Assembly: GCF_000400465.1 (NCBI RefSeq)
Contig: NW_008806283.1
Location: 20,001 to 268,000 of the forward strand
Direction of reading: 5' to 3'
Source of the DNA: Wallemia ichthyophaga EXF-994
Taxonomy: Eukaryota > Fungi > Basidiomycota
Length of the DNA: 248,000 nt
A program made the translations under genes and the position numbers. Shown in pieces: positions 51,693-66,400 of the stretch; positions within the stretch are counted from its first letter, which is position 1, and each line of letters opens with the position of its first letter. The notes beneath the pieces are model-generated. The model searched no databases. It was not told where the DNA came from and saw only the letters and a program-made list of their open reading frames with translations.

Positions 51693-52931
51693 CTACTGCG
51701 TTGGATTGTAATACGCCATTGTAGCGTTCCCCGCGTTAGGATCGGTTGGGTTAGAATTGGCGACGATATCGTCCGTGGCGAGCGCGAGCAGGCGAGACTG
51801 AAGACTCCCTGCATCCATATCGCCTTCGTTGCTAATAAGGGTAGCGAGCAACCCGCTCACGATAGGTGCCGACATGCTACTACCGCTGAGGTAGAGGGTA
51901 GCCTGATCGTCTGCGTTACCCGCCGACAGAATATCGACACCAGGAGCGTAAAGACCGACGCAATCCCCATAGCTCGAGAACGGAGCACGAGTGTCGTCGA
52001 TATTGGACGCTGCCACCGTGATAGCGGAGCTGACTCTGGCTGGCGACGAAGCGCAAGCGTCTTCATTATAATTACCAGAAGCAACTACGAAATGAACTCC
52101 GGCGGCAGTAGCGCTGCTTACGATGCTATCCATAGCATTGCTCGCAGGGCCTCCAAGACTGAGAGAAGCAATGCTAGGTCTGTCAGAGTTCTTAGCAGCA
52201 TTTGCCGCCCAATTAACACCAGCGAGTACATCACTCGCCTTGCCTTGCCCATCAGCGTTGAGAACCTTGACGCTGATCAGCGACGCTTCTTTCGCCGTCC
52301 CGTAGGTGGCACCGCCGATGAGGGCGGCGACGTGCGTACCGTGGTGCACCTGGTCCGTGCCATCGCCTGATGTGCCGTTGTAGCCATAAGATGCGCGGCC
52401 GCCGAATTCGGTGTGCGATGTACGGATGCCTGTGTCGATCACATACACATCCACTCCAGCTCCCGCGCCAGTCCAGCTGTATGTGTAGTCTTGCGCATGG
52501 GGCGACGCATCCGCTGGCAGTGCATTGCGCTGGTTTACCCGCTGCAGATTCCACGTCGCATCGCTCTGCGTCGCGTACGCTTCAACTGGCACATCCTCCT
52601 CCATGTCGGCTATGTCTGCGAGGAGGGTGTCGAATAGGTTGCCGAGCAGCTGCAAAGGTGTGTTAGAATTTTTCTGTAGTGCGCAGCAATTTCAACTCAC
52701 CCCACTTCCCATAGACAGGGCGTAGCCGTTGAAAAAACCATCGTACTTGTGGTTGATGGTGCTGTGCTCTCCGAGTAGCCCCTCGAGCATGCTATAGTGG
52801 GCATTTTGGTCGGTGTCTTCTTTGAAACTCATTATGTAGTTCCCTTCACTCACTCCTCCGCCAAGGCTCAGGCTGTCGAGAAGACTGGCACTGGCAGCGG
52901 CTGCGAGTGTGAGGATGAATGGAATGCGCAT
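51693..52931 (-). CDS. Secreted subtilisin-like protease (S8, proteinase K type)
   Basis: Signal + I9 propeptide; triad VIDTG, HGTHVA, GSSMSAP. Confidence 0.92.
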
Positions 52932-53195
52932 CGGTTGTTTCTGATGTTTTGAAGGGAGTAATGGAAGCAATGGGAGCAATACGAGCAATATCAGTAATTC
53001 AATTAAACCGCAGTGCAATTTAACCGAACCAGCCGTCACGTCACGTATTAATTTTATCCTTATTGGGAAAGTGATATGCATAATAAATAAGGCGTGAGCA
53101 GCGCTAGATGTTTCCAAGCGTGATTTGGAGGTATCCTATATGGTGCTGCGGAAACAGGAAAAACTTCACTACAATGCTTGCAAAGACAACAATTC

Positions 53196-53571
53196 TCACA
53201 CAGTCGAACCGAGACCCACGATTCCCATTGGTACCGCAAACCCCTTGGCTTGGCCACTGCCCTGGATTTGTCTCTTCTGACGGTATTGATCATGTTGTGC
53301 GCCAGGAGCATCCATCCAGCTATGAGGGACGGGCGCACCATTAGTTCCGGATGCTCCCGATACCTCCGACTTTCCAAACAACTTCTTCAATTTGAGTATA
53401 AATTTGCTCGGTTTCTTCCAAGTAGTCGTTGGTGGATCGACGTTGTCTTAATATTTCCCTCAAGTCAGAAACGAAACATCAACACAAAAACACACCTACA
53501 ATTAACGTAATAGTATCGATTAGTAGTGTAGTCAAATAATTTATTCCATCCAGCGGGCAGTGAAGGTGACA
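53196..53571 (-). CDS. Small WW-domain protein
   Basis: LPAGWNKLFDYTTNRYYYVN. Confidence 0.55.
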
Positions 53572-53585
53572 TTAGCGGTGTTGAA

Positions 53586-55325
53586 TTATACGAGAGAAGA
53601 TGAACGTTCGGTGATGACGAAAGGTTCTGGTGAGATGGGCGAGTTGACGCCTGAGGTGTAATCGAAGAAGGTGGTGTTGGTGTTATTATGACCGCTGAGA
53701 TCCAGTCTCGGTGGGACATGCACACCTCTCCTGACTTCCTCCGCCAGCAGCAGAGTCTCTTCCGTAGAATCAGGCTGCTTGTTGTAACGCGGTGGGCCTT
53801 CCTCATCCTCCACCTGCGTCCCTTCGTCCGTGTACAGCTGGCTATATGCGGGCAACTGTGAGGGTGGAAGGAGACCTTTGCTTTTGAGTAGAGCCAAGCG
53901 CTGCGCTTGCACTTCGAGCATGCTATCGTTCGAGCGTCTGCTGAACCACACCGGTATGGTAATGTCAATGCTCTCCCCCCGCCATTCACCGTCTCCGGGA
54001 ATCTTGCGCACAATATTGAGTATAAGCCGCAGCGCGTGTCTTATTTTTACATACGGCGTCTCGCAGTCAGGGTAAGGGGATGAGGTGGCAGCGTGTGAGT
54101 GTGAATGTGGGTGCTTGTCCGAGTCAGTTTCAGTGTTGTTGTGTAGCTCCTGACCCTTTGTCTGACCTCCCTCACGCTCCCCCTTGGTGGGCATGGGCAA
54201 GGTGAGGGCGATGCGTGCGGTGAGCTTCCCCCCAATATCTACGCCCTCCTCACCGAACGTATGCGTCGCAAAAGCCGCTGTGGCAGGCGGGGGACCTACG
54301 CCACGTGCGACTAGGCGTGAGCGCGTGTAGGATGTGGGGACACTGCTTATCCCAAGCGTGTTAGCTATATCGCTCAGCGCGTGTTCCTGGTATGCGTGAG
54401 CAAACGGGATGAGTGGGTATTGCGGTGGTTGGCATTGTGGGAGCGGGTATGTGGCTAGATAGCGTTGACGTGGTTCTGAAGTGTAGTGTATCTCCTCGAT
54501 GCAGCCAAGTTGGAGACTTTCGAGACGCGCCTGTGTCGCGTGACCATTTCCATTTCCATTTCCACCTGCATTGCGCCTGCTCCCATTATCACCGCTTTCA
54601 CAATTATCGCCCTCCTCATCACTCACAAGCCCCGTAAATATATCCAACTTGAGCTCGTCGTCGTCGGTGAAATACCACATGGGCGTCTTGATCCCAATAC
54701 GCACGGGTTTGAAGTCGCGTGTGTCGTGTGTGGGGCATTGCGACTTTATGTTGTGCACGCGTGAGCGGAGGTGCTGATTGCGGTGGCGGCTGATGAATAT
54801 CTCACACTCAGGCGCGAGCACAGTGTGTTTCTTGATGGAGTTGTTGAGAGGCCAGAGGAGCGAGTTGCGTTTGTTCTCAGCAGCTTCAACGGTGGACTCC
54901 ATCTTTGCGAATAAGGAGTAAGAGGTACGTGAGGATGGCAGGGACATACTTGGTGGCAGCCAGCCATTCAAACGTAGATCAAAGACGACAGAAACGTTGA
55001 TTGGGTGTTCTGAGTCATTCTCGAAAGTGGAAGGCTCGCTGCCCCGCTTAATGATCTGGTCAGAATTGTGAGCTAGGCGGTGAGAACTGAGTCTGCCTTC
55101 AGCATCGCTGTACTGGGAGCAGCCTTGGAAGGTGACAGAGAGCGAGTGTATCCGGAGCTTCTTGCGCTGTAGAGGAGGGATAGAAATGATTATATTGCCA
55201 GAAAGGCTGTACTGCGAGCACGTTCTGGTGGTTCCATGCATGCTGATATGATTCGAATCAGGGATGAGGCTGATATTCATGTTGGGTGGATTGCTTGGGT
55301 TGTTATAATACGAGAACTCATACAT
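53586..55325 (-). CDS. Arrestin-fold-like hypothetical protein
   Basis: LRIHSLSVTFQG, FDLRLNGWLPPS, LPAYS/PPRY motifs. Confidence 0.55.
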   Translation of the reverse strand: MYEFSYYNNPSNPPNMNISLIPDSNHISMHGTTRTCSQYSLSGNIIISIPPLQRKKLRIHSLSVTFQGCSQYSDAEGRLSSHRLAHNSDQIIKRGSEPSTFENDSEHPINVSVVFDLRLNGWLPPSMSLPSSRTSYSLFAKMESTVEAAENKRNSLLWPLNNSIKKHTVLAPECEIFISRHRNQHLRSRVHNIKSQCPTHDTRDFKPVRIGIKTPMWYFTDDDELKLDIFTGLVSDEEGDNCESGDNGSRRNAGGNGNGNGHATQARLESLQLGCIEEIHYTSEPRQRYLATYPLPQCQPPQYPLIPFAHAYQEHALSDIANTLGISSVPTSYTRSRLVARGVGPPPATAAFATHTFGEEGVDIGGKLTARIALTLPMPTKGEREGGQTKGQELHNNTETDSDKHPHSHSHAATSSPYPDCETPYVKIRHALRLILNIVRKIPGDGEWRGESIDITIPVWFSRRSNDSMLEVQAQRLALLKSKGLLPPSQLPAYSQLYTDEGTQVEDEEGPPRYNKQPDSTEETLLLAEEVRRGVHVPPRLDLSGHNNTNTTFFDYTSGVNSPISPEPFVITERSSSLV

Positions 55326-55556
55326 AAGATAAATAAATCAGCCAAGCGCGTGCTGACAGCTATGCACGCGTCGACAGCCCATACGTACGTCAACCAATCT
55401 CCGCGTTGACAGCGAGATTGGAATTTAAAATAACAGTGTACAATACACATACGATTTATTTGAGTGAAATAATTTTCATTTTCAGAGCCACAGCCATGGC
55501 CCTATTAGCGTGTCTCTCACCCACTCAGCCAACACAAAAAAACTCAAACAAACGCA

Positions 55557-56291
<735 letters not shown>

Positions 56292-56404
56292 GTTAAATAC
56301 ACTTTATACCCTCTTTTCTTTCCATTCTCACAAATTTTCACAATATTCAATCTTTTAATCTTTTTTTGTTAAATGATTACATTCTAATATTCTTATTTAA
56401 CACA

Positions 56405-56707
56405 TTATAAAGCCTACACGGCTCTTTCTTTCGCTGACATGGCCTGGATTACATGTTAGCTGGTCATAGCTACCGTAAGACAACCCACCTCCATCTTCTC
56501 TCTCTCCTTTCTATTGTGATCCACTTTCCTCTTAAGATCTGGCGACAGCTTGTTGTACAGCTCCTCGTCGCTCGGCGTGAGTCCAACCATCAATCCATAT
56601 CCACTTCCCATGACTTTTGGCAATAAGCAACAAACACACAGCACACAGCTTACCCACTCACTCACGCTACTCCAGAATGCCCAACGTCCCCAAGCTATTT
56701 TAACCAT
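56405..56707 (-). CDS. CBP4: Cytochrome b assembly factor Cbp4-like
   Basis: GYGLMVGLTPSDEELYNKLSPDLKR. Confidence 0.65.
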
Positions 56708-56752
56708 TTGAGCGTATCAGATGAGGGTAATTTGTACACGCTATCAAATCAT

Positions 56753-57577
56753 TTATCTTGTTTGTACCTTTGCAAGCTCAACGATTGCAGCTCTAGCGAC
56801 AATATGGTCAAGTAAGCCACTTGGGAGGCCAGAGATGGATACTGCCCCAATTGGTCCAGCCACTCCCTTGATATTGATGGGAAATGAACCACCATCTGCG
56901 CTGAAAGACGGGAACTTATTCTCTGTAAATGCATTCATTGTATTCGTCGCCTTCACTTTCATCTTCTCCTGCGACTCCTTAATACGCAAATTGCGCATGA
57001 CAACACGCCCAGTTGGCCCATCTTCAAACACCACCGATGGGAAAACCGCAGAAATGAGATCTTGCAGCTCCTTCCTCGTCATGACTTTAACGCCTGTAAA
57101 ATTCATAAACTGCTGGTACGCCTCGACAAATTCAGTGAGGGGTACTGCGCTGTCACCGTTGAGATCCTCGCACAGAAGCGCATTGAGATACTCAGTGCTA
57201 CGTGCTGGTTCCGAGTTTATCCCTCTTATCACTCCAATTTCCCCATCGGGAAGTGTGTACCTTCCAACGGCGTGGTGCTTCGCTATCAGCGCTTGTCCGT
57301 AGAGATAAGACGACTGGTGGTATTTCTTGCTGATTGCAAGCTTGCCATTCAGCCAATCGTAGTTGGCTGGCGTCACCTCACCGAGAACCCCAGAAGCCAA
57401 CTCTATCCCGTTGAACAAACGCACCGCAAACACTATCCCACTCCCCTCAAAGTTGAAACTGCGGATCGTGTCGGCGATGAACCACGCATCGACACTGTCG
57501 AATTTGTTCAGCGCTATCTTGTCATCTGCTTTCAGTTGCGCGAGTGTTGGGTTGTATTGCTGCTGCTTTACATTCAT
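56753..57577 (-). CDS. DUF967/UPF0303 (HbpS/GlcG-like) protein with internal insertion
   Basis: FDSVDAWFI, DWLNGK..SSY, GGSFPI..GAVSISGLP..DH; intronless. Confidence 0.7.
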   Translation of the reverse strand: MNVKQQQYNPTLAQLKADDKIALNKFDSVDAWFIADTIRSFNFEGSGIVFAVRLFNGIELASGVLGEVTPANYDWLNGKLAISKKYHQSSYLYGQALIAKHHAVGRYTLPDGEIGVIRGINSEPARSTEYLNALLCEDLNGDSAVPLTEFVEAYQQFMNFTGVKVMTRKELQDLISAVFPSVVFEDGPTGRVVMRNLRIKESQEKMKVKATNTMNAFTENKFPSFSADGGSFPINIKGVAGPIGAVSISGLPSGLLDHIVARAAIVELAKVQTR

Positions 57578-57839
57578 TGCTGTGGAAAGTGAGTGTGTGG
57601 AGTGATGCGTCTTCTGAGTTTGTGTGTGAGTGTGCGTTATGAACAGGTGATGTGGGCACGTCCACCACTACTGATAAGCTATCGTTACCCGAGCAACCCG
57701 ACGAGTGAACCCAACTTAGAAAAAATAAATGAATATCAATTGGCTAACAAAAGTCCTTAGTTGTAAACTTGTAATGGATGTAAATGATCGGCATTAAAGA
57801 GGAAATTACCAGACATGTCCTCGGCTATTTGTAATCTCG

Positions 57840-60800
57840 TTAGCACACATATAATATCTTTATTATCCACTCACTCTCTAAAAACTTGGTAGGGTACACC
57901 ACCAAATTCCCCTTGAGCCGATTAAGCAGCTTCTCCATTGCGTCGATTTCACTCCTCGTATACCCTCCAGATTCAGCCGTCATACTTCCATTACGCATAT
58001 TTCTCCGGCTTCTCTGTGGCTTTTGCGCATGTGTATCGTCTTCCCCATTACTCCCACTACCCGCACTCGTCATCCCATTCAAATACTTAGAAGACGTCCC
58101 GCTGTTTGACCTCTCCATACTCTCCTCCACGATCGGCTTCTTGTGTTTCTCAGCCATCATGCTGAAGTTCTTGAACTGCCTCCAAGTAGTCACCGTATCA
58201 TCTGGCGTGCAATGGAACACTTTGCGATAGATTTCCGTGTTATATATCGCTGAAGCTATCCAAATGTCCTCAAAGAATTCCTCCGAACACGGATCCACAA
58301 AACTATCCTTATCGAAATCTGGTCCTAGGAATGGCATAGAATAGGTATTGCCTCTTGTCAGTGCCTGCGTCGATCTCCTACTGCGGCGCTCGTTCGTTAT
58401 CGCCGAACTAGTAGTACTGAATCCTCTCGACCGAGTCCGCCTCTCAAGGTTACTGCCACCGCTCTTGTCAGCCGCAGATACAGCCTCCCCATTCTCACGT
58501 TTATCCGCTTGGTCCTGCTCCACCTTTTTCGCTATACTCCCATCTTCCGCCATCTCCCCCTTGATTTCGTGATAAGACTTTTTTAGCGCACTCTGCAACC
58601 TGTCTATTGGATCAGTTATTTGCAGATCCTCTGCTGCTACATTAGTAGGGTGTCTGTCGTCCTTTGTATGCACGTGGTCGTGCTCAGGCGCCCAGTAATT
58701 AGTTCCTTCAGTATTTGCGATCCCTGGCGTGTTAGGATCGGTTGGTCCAGCTGGGGGTGCTGAATTTGTTGATTCAGCTGCTGCTGCTTCTGCTGCTCTC
58801 CCCTTAGCCATCTGCTCATTCATATGAAGGTCGTCGACATCAATACCGAGATGCTCTCTCATCAATCTTATTCTCAAAGTGTGATTAAATCTCCCAACTT
58901 TGTACGGTCTGCCAGCCATCTCTGAATCTATCATATCAGTGTCGCGGATAATGGAAGCTAACTCCGAATCTCTGTCACCGCGCTGACTGCGCTCGTTGAT
59001 ATTTGCACTTCCTATTATTGTCAATCGATCATCGACAGTCATCGTCTTGGCGTGAATGTAAAGAATCTCCGAAGTGAGGTTACCTGATTTGAATTTACCC
59101 CAGTTGCGCAAACTGAAGAAGGTTATGTAGTCGTCAGGATCAATACCCTCCTTGCGAAGTCTAGCAAAGATCGATTGTGCACCGCGACAGATGGATCTGT
59201 TCTGACAGTCAACGATCAGTCTTACAGATGAAGCTGCAGGGTTGTCTACCGACTGGGAATAGCCTGGCATGAGAGGAATAATGATACAGGCCCTCCACGT
59301 TGTGTTCTCGCGATGTGCGCGAATGATGCGGTTCACTAAAGCATCCCCAATCTGATTCTCAATCACTGTAGTATCCACAATGGTGGATGTAACAAAGAAT
59401 TGATTTTCGATATAGACAAAGTGTTCACTTTTCTGTATCGCCTTGACGTAGGCATTTTGAATCGAGTGCTCGATCTTATCAGGTGTTCCAATCGACCATG
59501 GTCCACAAGAGCGACATATTTGCATCTCGAGTGTACCATTCATCTTTTGCATTTCGAGATCACGGTTGCTGAGGTCGTTTGGTGGTAACAGGAAGGGAAG
59601 CTCGCGACTGTGGTGCTTTGTTCGCAAAAGATAGTTCCAGCGCTGAATGAAGTGGCGCGAAAGATCACGCGCTGGTTGACCAATAAGCTGCAAGCCCACA
59701 TCATGCCATGGCATGCGAGGCGTAGTGCTTCTATCGAACATATCCTCGTATGGCTTGTTGAGGTCGCGGAAATCAGATACACCTGGTATTGAAATAAGTT
59801 TGACATCAACACCATTTACTTTTCAACTTACGTGCATTCGAGTAGTCTTTTCCTGGCCAGATATATTCATCTCCGTTTTCACCTCCCTCATCGACACAAA
59901 TGTGCTGTGGAGTGTCCCATCTACCGAAACAAAGATCTAAGCCACCCATAAATACCATTGTCTGATCAACTACACATAGCTTTTCGTGGTGCGAGAAGTA
60001 CAATACACCTGTGGTGATATGTGAAGGAGATCTCTGAACCATGATGTTCTCATTCAACGAACGCAGTTTTTGTTTCGTGTAGTTTGAGTCGATAGGCGTA
60101 AACTCATTTGAGACTTCTCTATACACAATAACGTAAATTTTGACGCCTTCTGCTGCTTTCCTTTGAAGGAGATTTGTAAGGGTCCATTTAGGATGACCTG
60201 GCCTGCGCAGCTGCAGCTCAGGCGATAACCACCAATCGTGAATATATATACTTTCCCGGGCTAATGAAACTGCACGAGACAGCTGCCAGAAGTAGTCGCG
60301 TCCATCAATAAGCCATTGTGCACTGACGTTGAGACGAACTGGTGCGAATGAGTCAAATCTGTGAATCTTTGACCATAGTGTGTTATTTTTCATCATCATC
60401 ATGCTCTGGATAAACTGTTCCATTTGTCTTTCGTTTTTTGCTACGAGCTTCATCCTTCTTTCTGCATTGCGGATATAGAATGTGTGTGTTGAGGTATCTT
60501 TAGTCTTGCTCTTTTTCACTTCATTTGAGACGGCGAATTGAGGGTCAGAATCAACGGCATGCTCATTTATATTCTGCTGCTGCTGCTGCTCCAATCTAGC
60601 TTCCTCAACACTATCGTCACGATCATGTTCTTGTGAGCTTGATGGACGTGTTTCAGTGCTCTTCATCGTATCTAACCTGGAATCCTTAGGTTGAGAAACT
60701 TGGCGTGAGTGAGAGTGACTGTGCAAGTGAGGATGATGGTGCTGAAGGAATGCCTCACCCTCGATAAATGGCGCTCTAATTGCATTAGCTGTTTGTCTGT

Positions 60801-62325
60801 AGTATCTTTTTGGCCTTTCGATGGAAAAGTCACTATCAATCAAGAAGACGTCATAAACACTTATTGAATGGGCATCCTCGACGCATACCAAGTAGTCGTC
60901 TCTGACAATCCACCACTTTGGTTCACGCAACTTCTTAATGCTTATCGCCGAAACAATCGATGGTTGTGCAGAGAGTCTACCGCAGTTATTTGACATGATG
61001 CGCAGGTAACCGGCTTTACCTTGACTACCGCCATTCTGGATCAAGCAGACTGTAAGTGCTGAGAACTCAAAGAATCTACAAATGCGGTTGGCGGAGGATG
61101 AGAACATTGTGGCACGGATAAGGTCAATGAGGTAGTTTTGTAATGAATCTCTTTGCATTCTAGCGAAATCCGACTTGGAGAGTTCTTTACCTTTGAGTCT
61201 GCCCTCCCTTTTGAGTAAGTTAAAGTAGGGTAAGCTTGTTTTTGGGAATTCTGGTAAGCCATCCATCGCTCTTCTGACTGAGGCGACGCGGAAGTGGGTA
61301 TGTAGACTAACAAAGTCACGTAGTTCGCGATAAATGGTCCATCTTAGGTTGGAATCACCGTACTGACACTGATAAAGGATGTGAGATGTGTAAATAGGGT
61401 AATTCTTCAAATTAGCGCACCTCAATTCTAAACATAGCGTGAGTGTTGGAGAGTGGATGAACACTATCGCTGACTCTAATTTTTAAGTGATGGAGAAATA
61501 CAGGTATACGTGGAGAGTGATGCTCATCGCGATCGAGAGCCATTTTGAGCATCACAGCGGGTAACATACCATACATGCACTCAGTGACCAAGTCAACTTC
61601 AGCGCCAGTACGTGGTTGTATAGATTTATGACCAATGATCTTTGATTTGATAGCAGCCCAACGGTGCTTACCAGATTTATCATTCTTGTCGTTGTAAGAA
61701 GACCTCCTTGATATCTGGGTGGTAGCATTCTGAAGGCGTGGATAATCTGAGCTGTTTTCCTTCTTTTTCTGGACAGTGTCATCCTGAGACATTGACCTAA
61801 CTTGTGCTTTGTTTTTTTTCTTTTTTGCGGGTTTTGGGGAGGGATCTTCATCCTCCCACTCGCTGGAAGACTCTAAACCGATAGAGGAAGAGCGTGACTG
61901 CTGTGCTGAGTAAACGCCTTTCATTTCATTCTGATTTGGAGCGAACTTTTTAGCGAAAGGGTCGTCTTCTTTACCCGCGAGAGAAGTGGGAGTATCAGGC
62001 ATATTAAGCAAAAGTCTAGCGCGTGGGTTTGGATGCTGCGAGGTGCCTGCGTATGAGCTCATTGAGAGCGTAGGCGAGGGACGTGAGGAGGAAGGACGCG
62101 AGTGTTTTGTAGATTTCATCGGATCCTTTGTATCTAGTGGGGGAAGCGGGGGTGACAGCTTTCCAGAGGACAGCTTCTCTGGCTCTTCGTGTCTGTGGAG
62201 TGTGAGCCCGTCATCGTGCAAATCCACGAGAGCTCAACCCACAACGGCAATTGTGTGAGAGTGTTGTCTCTATCATCAATCTGCGTCTTCTGAAGCTCCA
62301 GCGTTAAGTCCGCAAGCTTGGTCAT
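57840..62325 (-). CDS. SPO14: Phospholipase D1
   Basis: PX/PH regions, HHEKLCVVD and YIHAKTMTVD HKD motifs. Confidence 0.95.
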
Positions 62326-62390
62326 CGCCGTGAGTGATCAAGACGCAACCCGCTCTGGGACGCACCACCACGCGCCACCAAGCCATTTGA

Positions 62391-63310
62391 ATGAGAAAAT
62401 TACTTAAATACGATGAAATACCCGCGTGGATAAAGGACAATCAGTTTATTACGCACGGATATCGCCCTGTCTCCCATTCCATCCGCAATTCACTCTCATC
62501 GATATTCGATAGCATTCACAACGAATCTGGTGGGAATAATTACATGGCAATTACTCCATCTAACTCCTACGGCTAGTGAACATACACTCACACCTTTGGG
62601 GTGCTGCTTTCTTCGTGTTTTGCTTGTTTGCCTTGTCAACCGATACGAAACACCAAAACTATTCGTGGAAAGACTACGTGGGGTTCTCCACTTTCATCTT
62701 ATCCGCAATCACCTGCCTCTCTTTCTCCTTTCTCTACCACACTTTCTCTAACCACTCAAAAACACTCGCAAACACTTGGCACGCTTTAGATTACGCTGGT
62801 ATATGCATCCTCATAGCCGGCAGCTTCATCCCTTCCATCTATTACGGCTTCTATTGCTCCCCTACATCCCAGCTCCTCTACATGGCTGCTATGCTCATCG
62901 CTTCCTCTGTCGCTCTCTACATTGTTCTCCACCCCCATTACCGCAGACCTTCTTTCAGGAAGGCGCGCACTAGTGTTTTTATAGCTCTTGGCCTATCCTC
63001 TATCCTCCCTATTGTCCATGCCCTTTACATGGACGGCCTCGACGTCCTCCGTCGAACTATAGCCCTTGACTACGTCCTCGCTTCTGGCAGCATGTACATC
63101 ATCGGCGCTCTCATCTACGCTGCTCGCTTTCCAGAGGCTTATTTCACTCATCGCAACTTCTCTTACTACGGCGCTTCTCATCAGATCTTCCACCTCTTTG
63201 TCGTCGCTGCGGCTGTGTGCCACTACTTTTCCATCCTTTCCTCGCAGTCCTTTTACAGCGACCCCGAGTTCGATTACTGTTCCAGGTATGTACACAACTG
63301 GCAAATGTAA
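62391..63310 (+). CDS. IZH: PAQR/AdipoR membrane protein
   Basis: IHNES(V)NIHSH, LDYAGI, SHQIFH. Confidence 0.9.
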
Positions 63311-63402
63311 TTCATACACCTACGCATGAAATGTGGATTATTTACAAAACAAAAAGAAAAAAAAAGAAAAAAAGGAATTCATTTTATGTACAAGGTATCA
63401 TT

Positions 63403-66400
63403 TCATTCGTCCTCATTCCTATAACCGGCTCTACGCATAGCACCTAGAGTTCTCCTTGCGGACGAAAGGTCCTTCTCGAGCTTGAGTATCTCGACCTGCT
63501 GCTCCATCTCCCTGACTTTGAACTCATGCGTGGGTACACTAGCCCAATCGACGTGACCATCTGCGTCTTGTGCTTGCTTGGCTGAAATAGCCTTGACTTG
63601 GCGCACGAGAGCTTTGCACGCCTCAGTGACAGCCTTAGCGGCAATTTCGAGTCGTTCCTGCGTCTTGGACATGAAGTTCGCCTTGACGCGCGACGCAGCG
63701 ACGAGCTGTGCGGTAGCTGCTGCCACTTCATTTGACGCTACGATAAGCTGCTCGAGTGAGTGAGACCCATTCAACACTCCGTCTGCGGCTTCGATGAGAA
63801 GATTCGTCGCAAACGCTACAGCCTTGGCAGCTGAAATCAATCCCTCTGTCCATCTGTTGTTGCGTTTGTAGAATTGCTGCGCTGACATGGTAGATCCACG
63901 TCCTTGGGCTACTATTTCCTTCTGAGACTCTGTAGCAGCCTGGATGAGACGAGCAATCGCATTCGTTATCGCTAGCGACGCTTCGAGTATTGCATCGTGC
64001 ACATTCTTGTCTAGACCGGAGTACCTCGTCGTGGTTTCCGCATGCATCATCGATTGTATCCTCTCGGTCGCCGCTTGGATTGCGTTTGCTGCTGCTAACA
64101 TCTCTCGCTCAACTATATCTCCAATTTCACCACTAGCTTTGGATAACTCTGTGCGGCCTTTAGGAATGGCCATGTCGAGGATATCTGTGAGCTCGTTTAG
64201 CGCCTCGCGCGAATCTGAGTTTTTGCGCGCGACAACGAGCGCACGTTGTTCAGAAGGCACCAGAGCAAGACGGAATGACTGCACATCAAGGAAAGCCCTT
64301 GCGGCAACATCACCAACTTTCCTAGCACCCTTGATTAGTGCATCGGATGCTTCGTCATCCTTAGTCAGCCTAGTTACTCCCTTGGCATTGAGCAGTATCT
64401 CGCAAATAGTTTGAGACAGCTCATTGGCAATCTTGATTACGTCAACGTGCCCAGCTGTCTGCTTGGGTGCTATGAAAGATGTGAAAGTCACTGCAAATTC
64501 CGAAGCATCCGCTTGCGCTTTTTCAATCATTGATAGTGTATACTCTGGAGATGCATTCTGGTTTCCAGTCTGGATTGACGACTCAAGCTCGTAATTGACA
64601 TCATCAATTTTATGCACGCATGCTTGGAAGATACTGTCAATAATCTGCTTTAACTTCTTATCGTGATCAACAATAAGCAAATCAATTTGTGCATTCAGTG
64701 CTTGGTCTGATTCTCCCTGTGTTAATTGCATTTCACCGAGTTTGCCGATAGTGGAATCCATTCCTTCTTGAATGATGGCAATCTCCGCATCTTTCTCTTC
64801 GCGCACACGCTCCGCTTCACCATTCGCCACGTCAATCTTATGAAGGAGCTCATCGATTTGTATTTGCTTTGAGTGGAGACTATCTTCCAACTCGTTCAAT
64901 TGTCGATTATATCTGCTGATCATGGAGGAGGTTTCAGTGGAGCGGTGGCGCGTTGCATCCTCTGCTCTCTCATTTGCAAAGTCAAGATCACGACGTAAAC
65001 GACTATGCTCATCTTTCTGACTTGATTTAAGTCTGTCAAGATCAAAGCGAGCTCTGTCGCGTTCACGTATCATGTCTGCTAGCTCGAGATTCTTTGCTTT
65101 GACATCACGTTCCATGCGTTCGTACTGTTTAGTGTTAGCGTGGTGCTTTGTATTGATAAGCGATGACAAACTCACCTTAGTGATTGCCTCCTGAGCAGAA
65201 TTAGCTTTGAGTTGCATTTGCTTAAATTTCCCAAGCATATCCAGGTGTTCAGTGCGTAGTTGAGAATACAATTTTGCCAGTGCCTCATACTTGTTTCTCC
65301 ACATGGTAATTTGATCCTGTAAACTCTTAATGAGCTCATCTTTGCCTATCATCTGTGCTCCAACATTGGCATTGATTGCAGCCAACTCCATTTCAAGGGC
65401 CTTGACACGCGAGTCATATTGCTGAAGCATCATCTGGTCCCTCTCAAACTGACCTCTCATCTCTAGTAGTTGACGCTCCATATCTGCAGCTGCACCCATG
65501 TGCTGCTGTGCCGCTTGCTGTTGTAAAAGCTGTTGTTTTGCCATTTCTTGTTGTTGTTGTTGGAGGAGTTGCTGTTCTTCAAACTCACGCTGCTGATTTT
65601 GCATCTGAAGTTGACGTTGAGCTTCCTGCGAGTCACGCTCAGATTGAAGCTTGGCCTGTTGATCTTCATACTCCTTGAGCATACGTGCTTGTTCAGCAAT
65701 ATCAACTGATGGGGTGTCTGGAGCAGTGGGTGGGGGAGCAGGTGACTTTTGCAAAGCTTTCCGCTCAGCCATCTCAGCATGACCTTCCGGATCCTGCCAT
65801 AAGTTTGGAGGCTCCTGGGGGAGTTGTTAGGTTGGGAAGGGTAAGACAGAGAAAGACGACCCACCTGACCAAGTTTAGGAACGTTGATTAAAGAGGTGAG
65901 GTATTTGAGGTTGGAGCATTCGTAGTAAAATTTACGCAATTGATGGTGTTGACCGTTGAAGCGCTGTACGAGAGGTTGAAGGATCTCATCAGCGTTTTCG
66001 ACACCTGTTGGAATGTGATTGAGTGGGAAGTTAACAGGTTGTTAATTAAAACTAACGTCTGTGCATTGCTCTAAGCATGGAAGTGATGAATCTGTAAATA
66101 CCATAACTCTCCTTAACGAGAGGAACAAGGGAAGAGATTCTGCACTCATTGTTTGAGATGCCACGGAGGTGCATAAAAACCAGACGCTGGAAAGAATCGA
66201 TACCGTCTTGAAGATTCATAAGATCGGCAACTGTCTCATATCTAAGTGGGTGAATGAGTGGGGTAAAGCGGGGTAAGAGAACGAAACAAACCCCTCATTA
66301 GGATCATCAACGCCTTTGAGAGTGATATACTCAGCGTATTCAAACAAACCATTGAATTCAGGGTGGTTTCTGTGAAAACGCAATTTGGACATGATGAATT

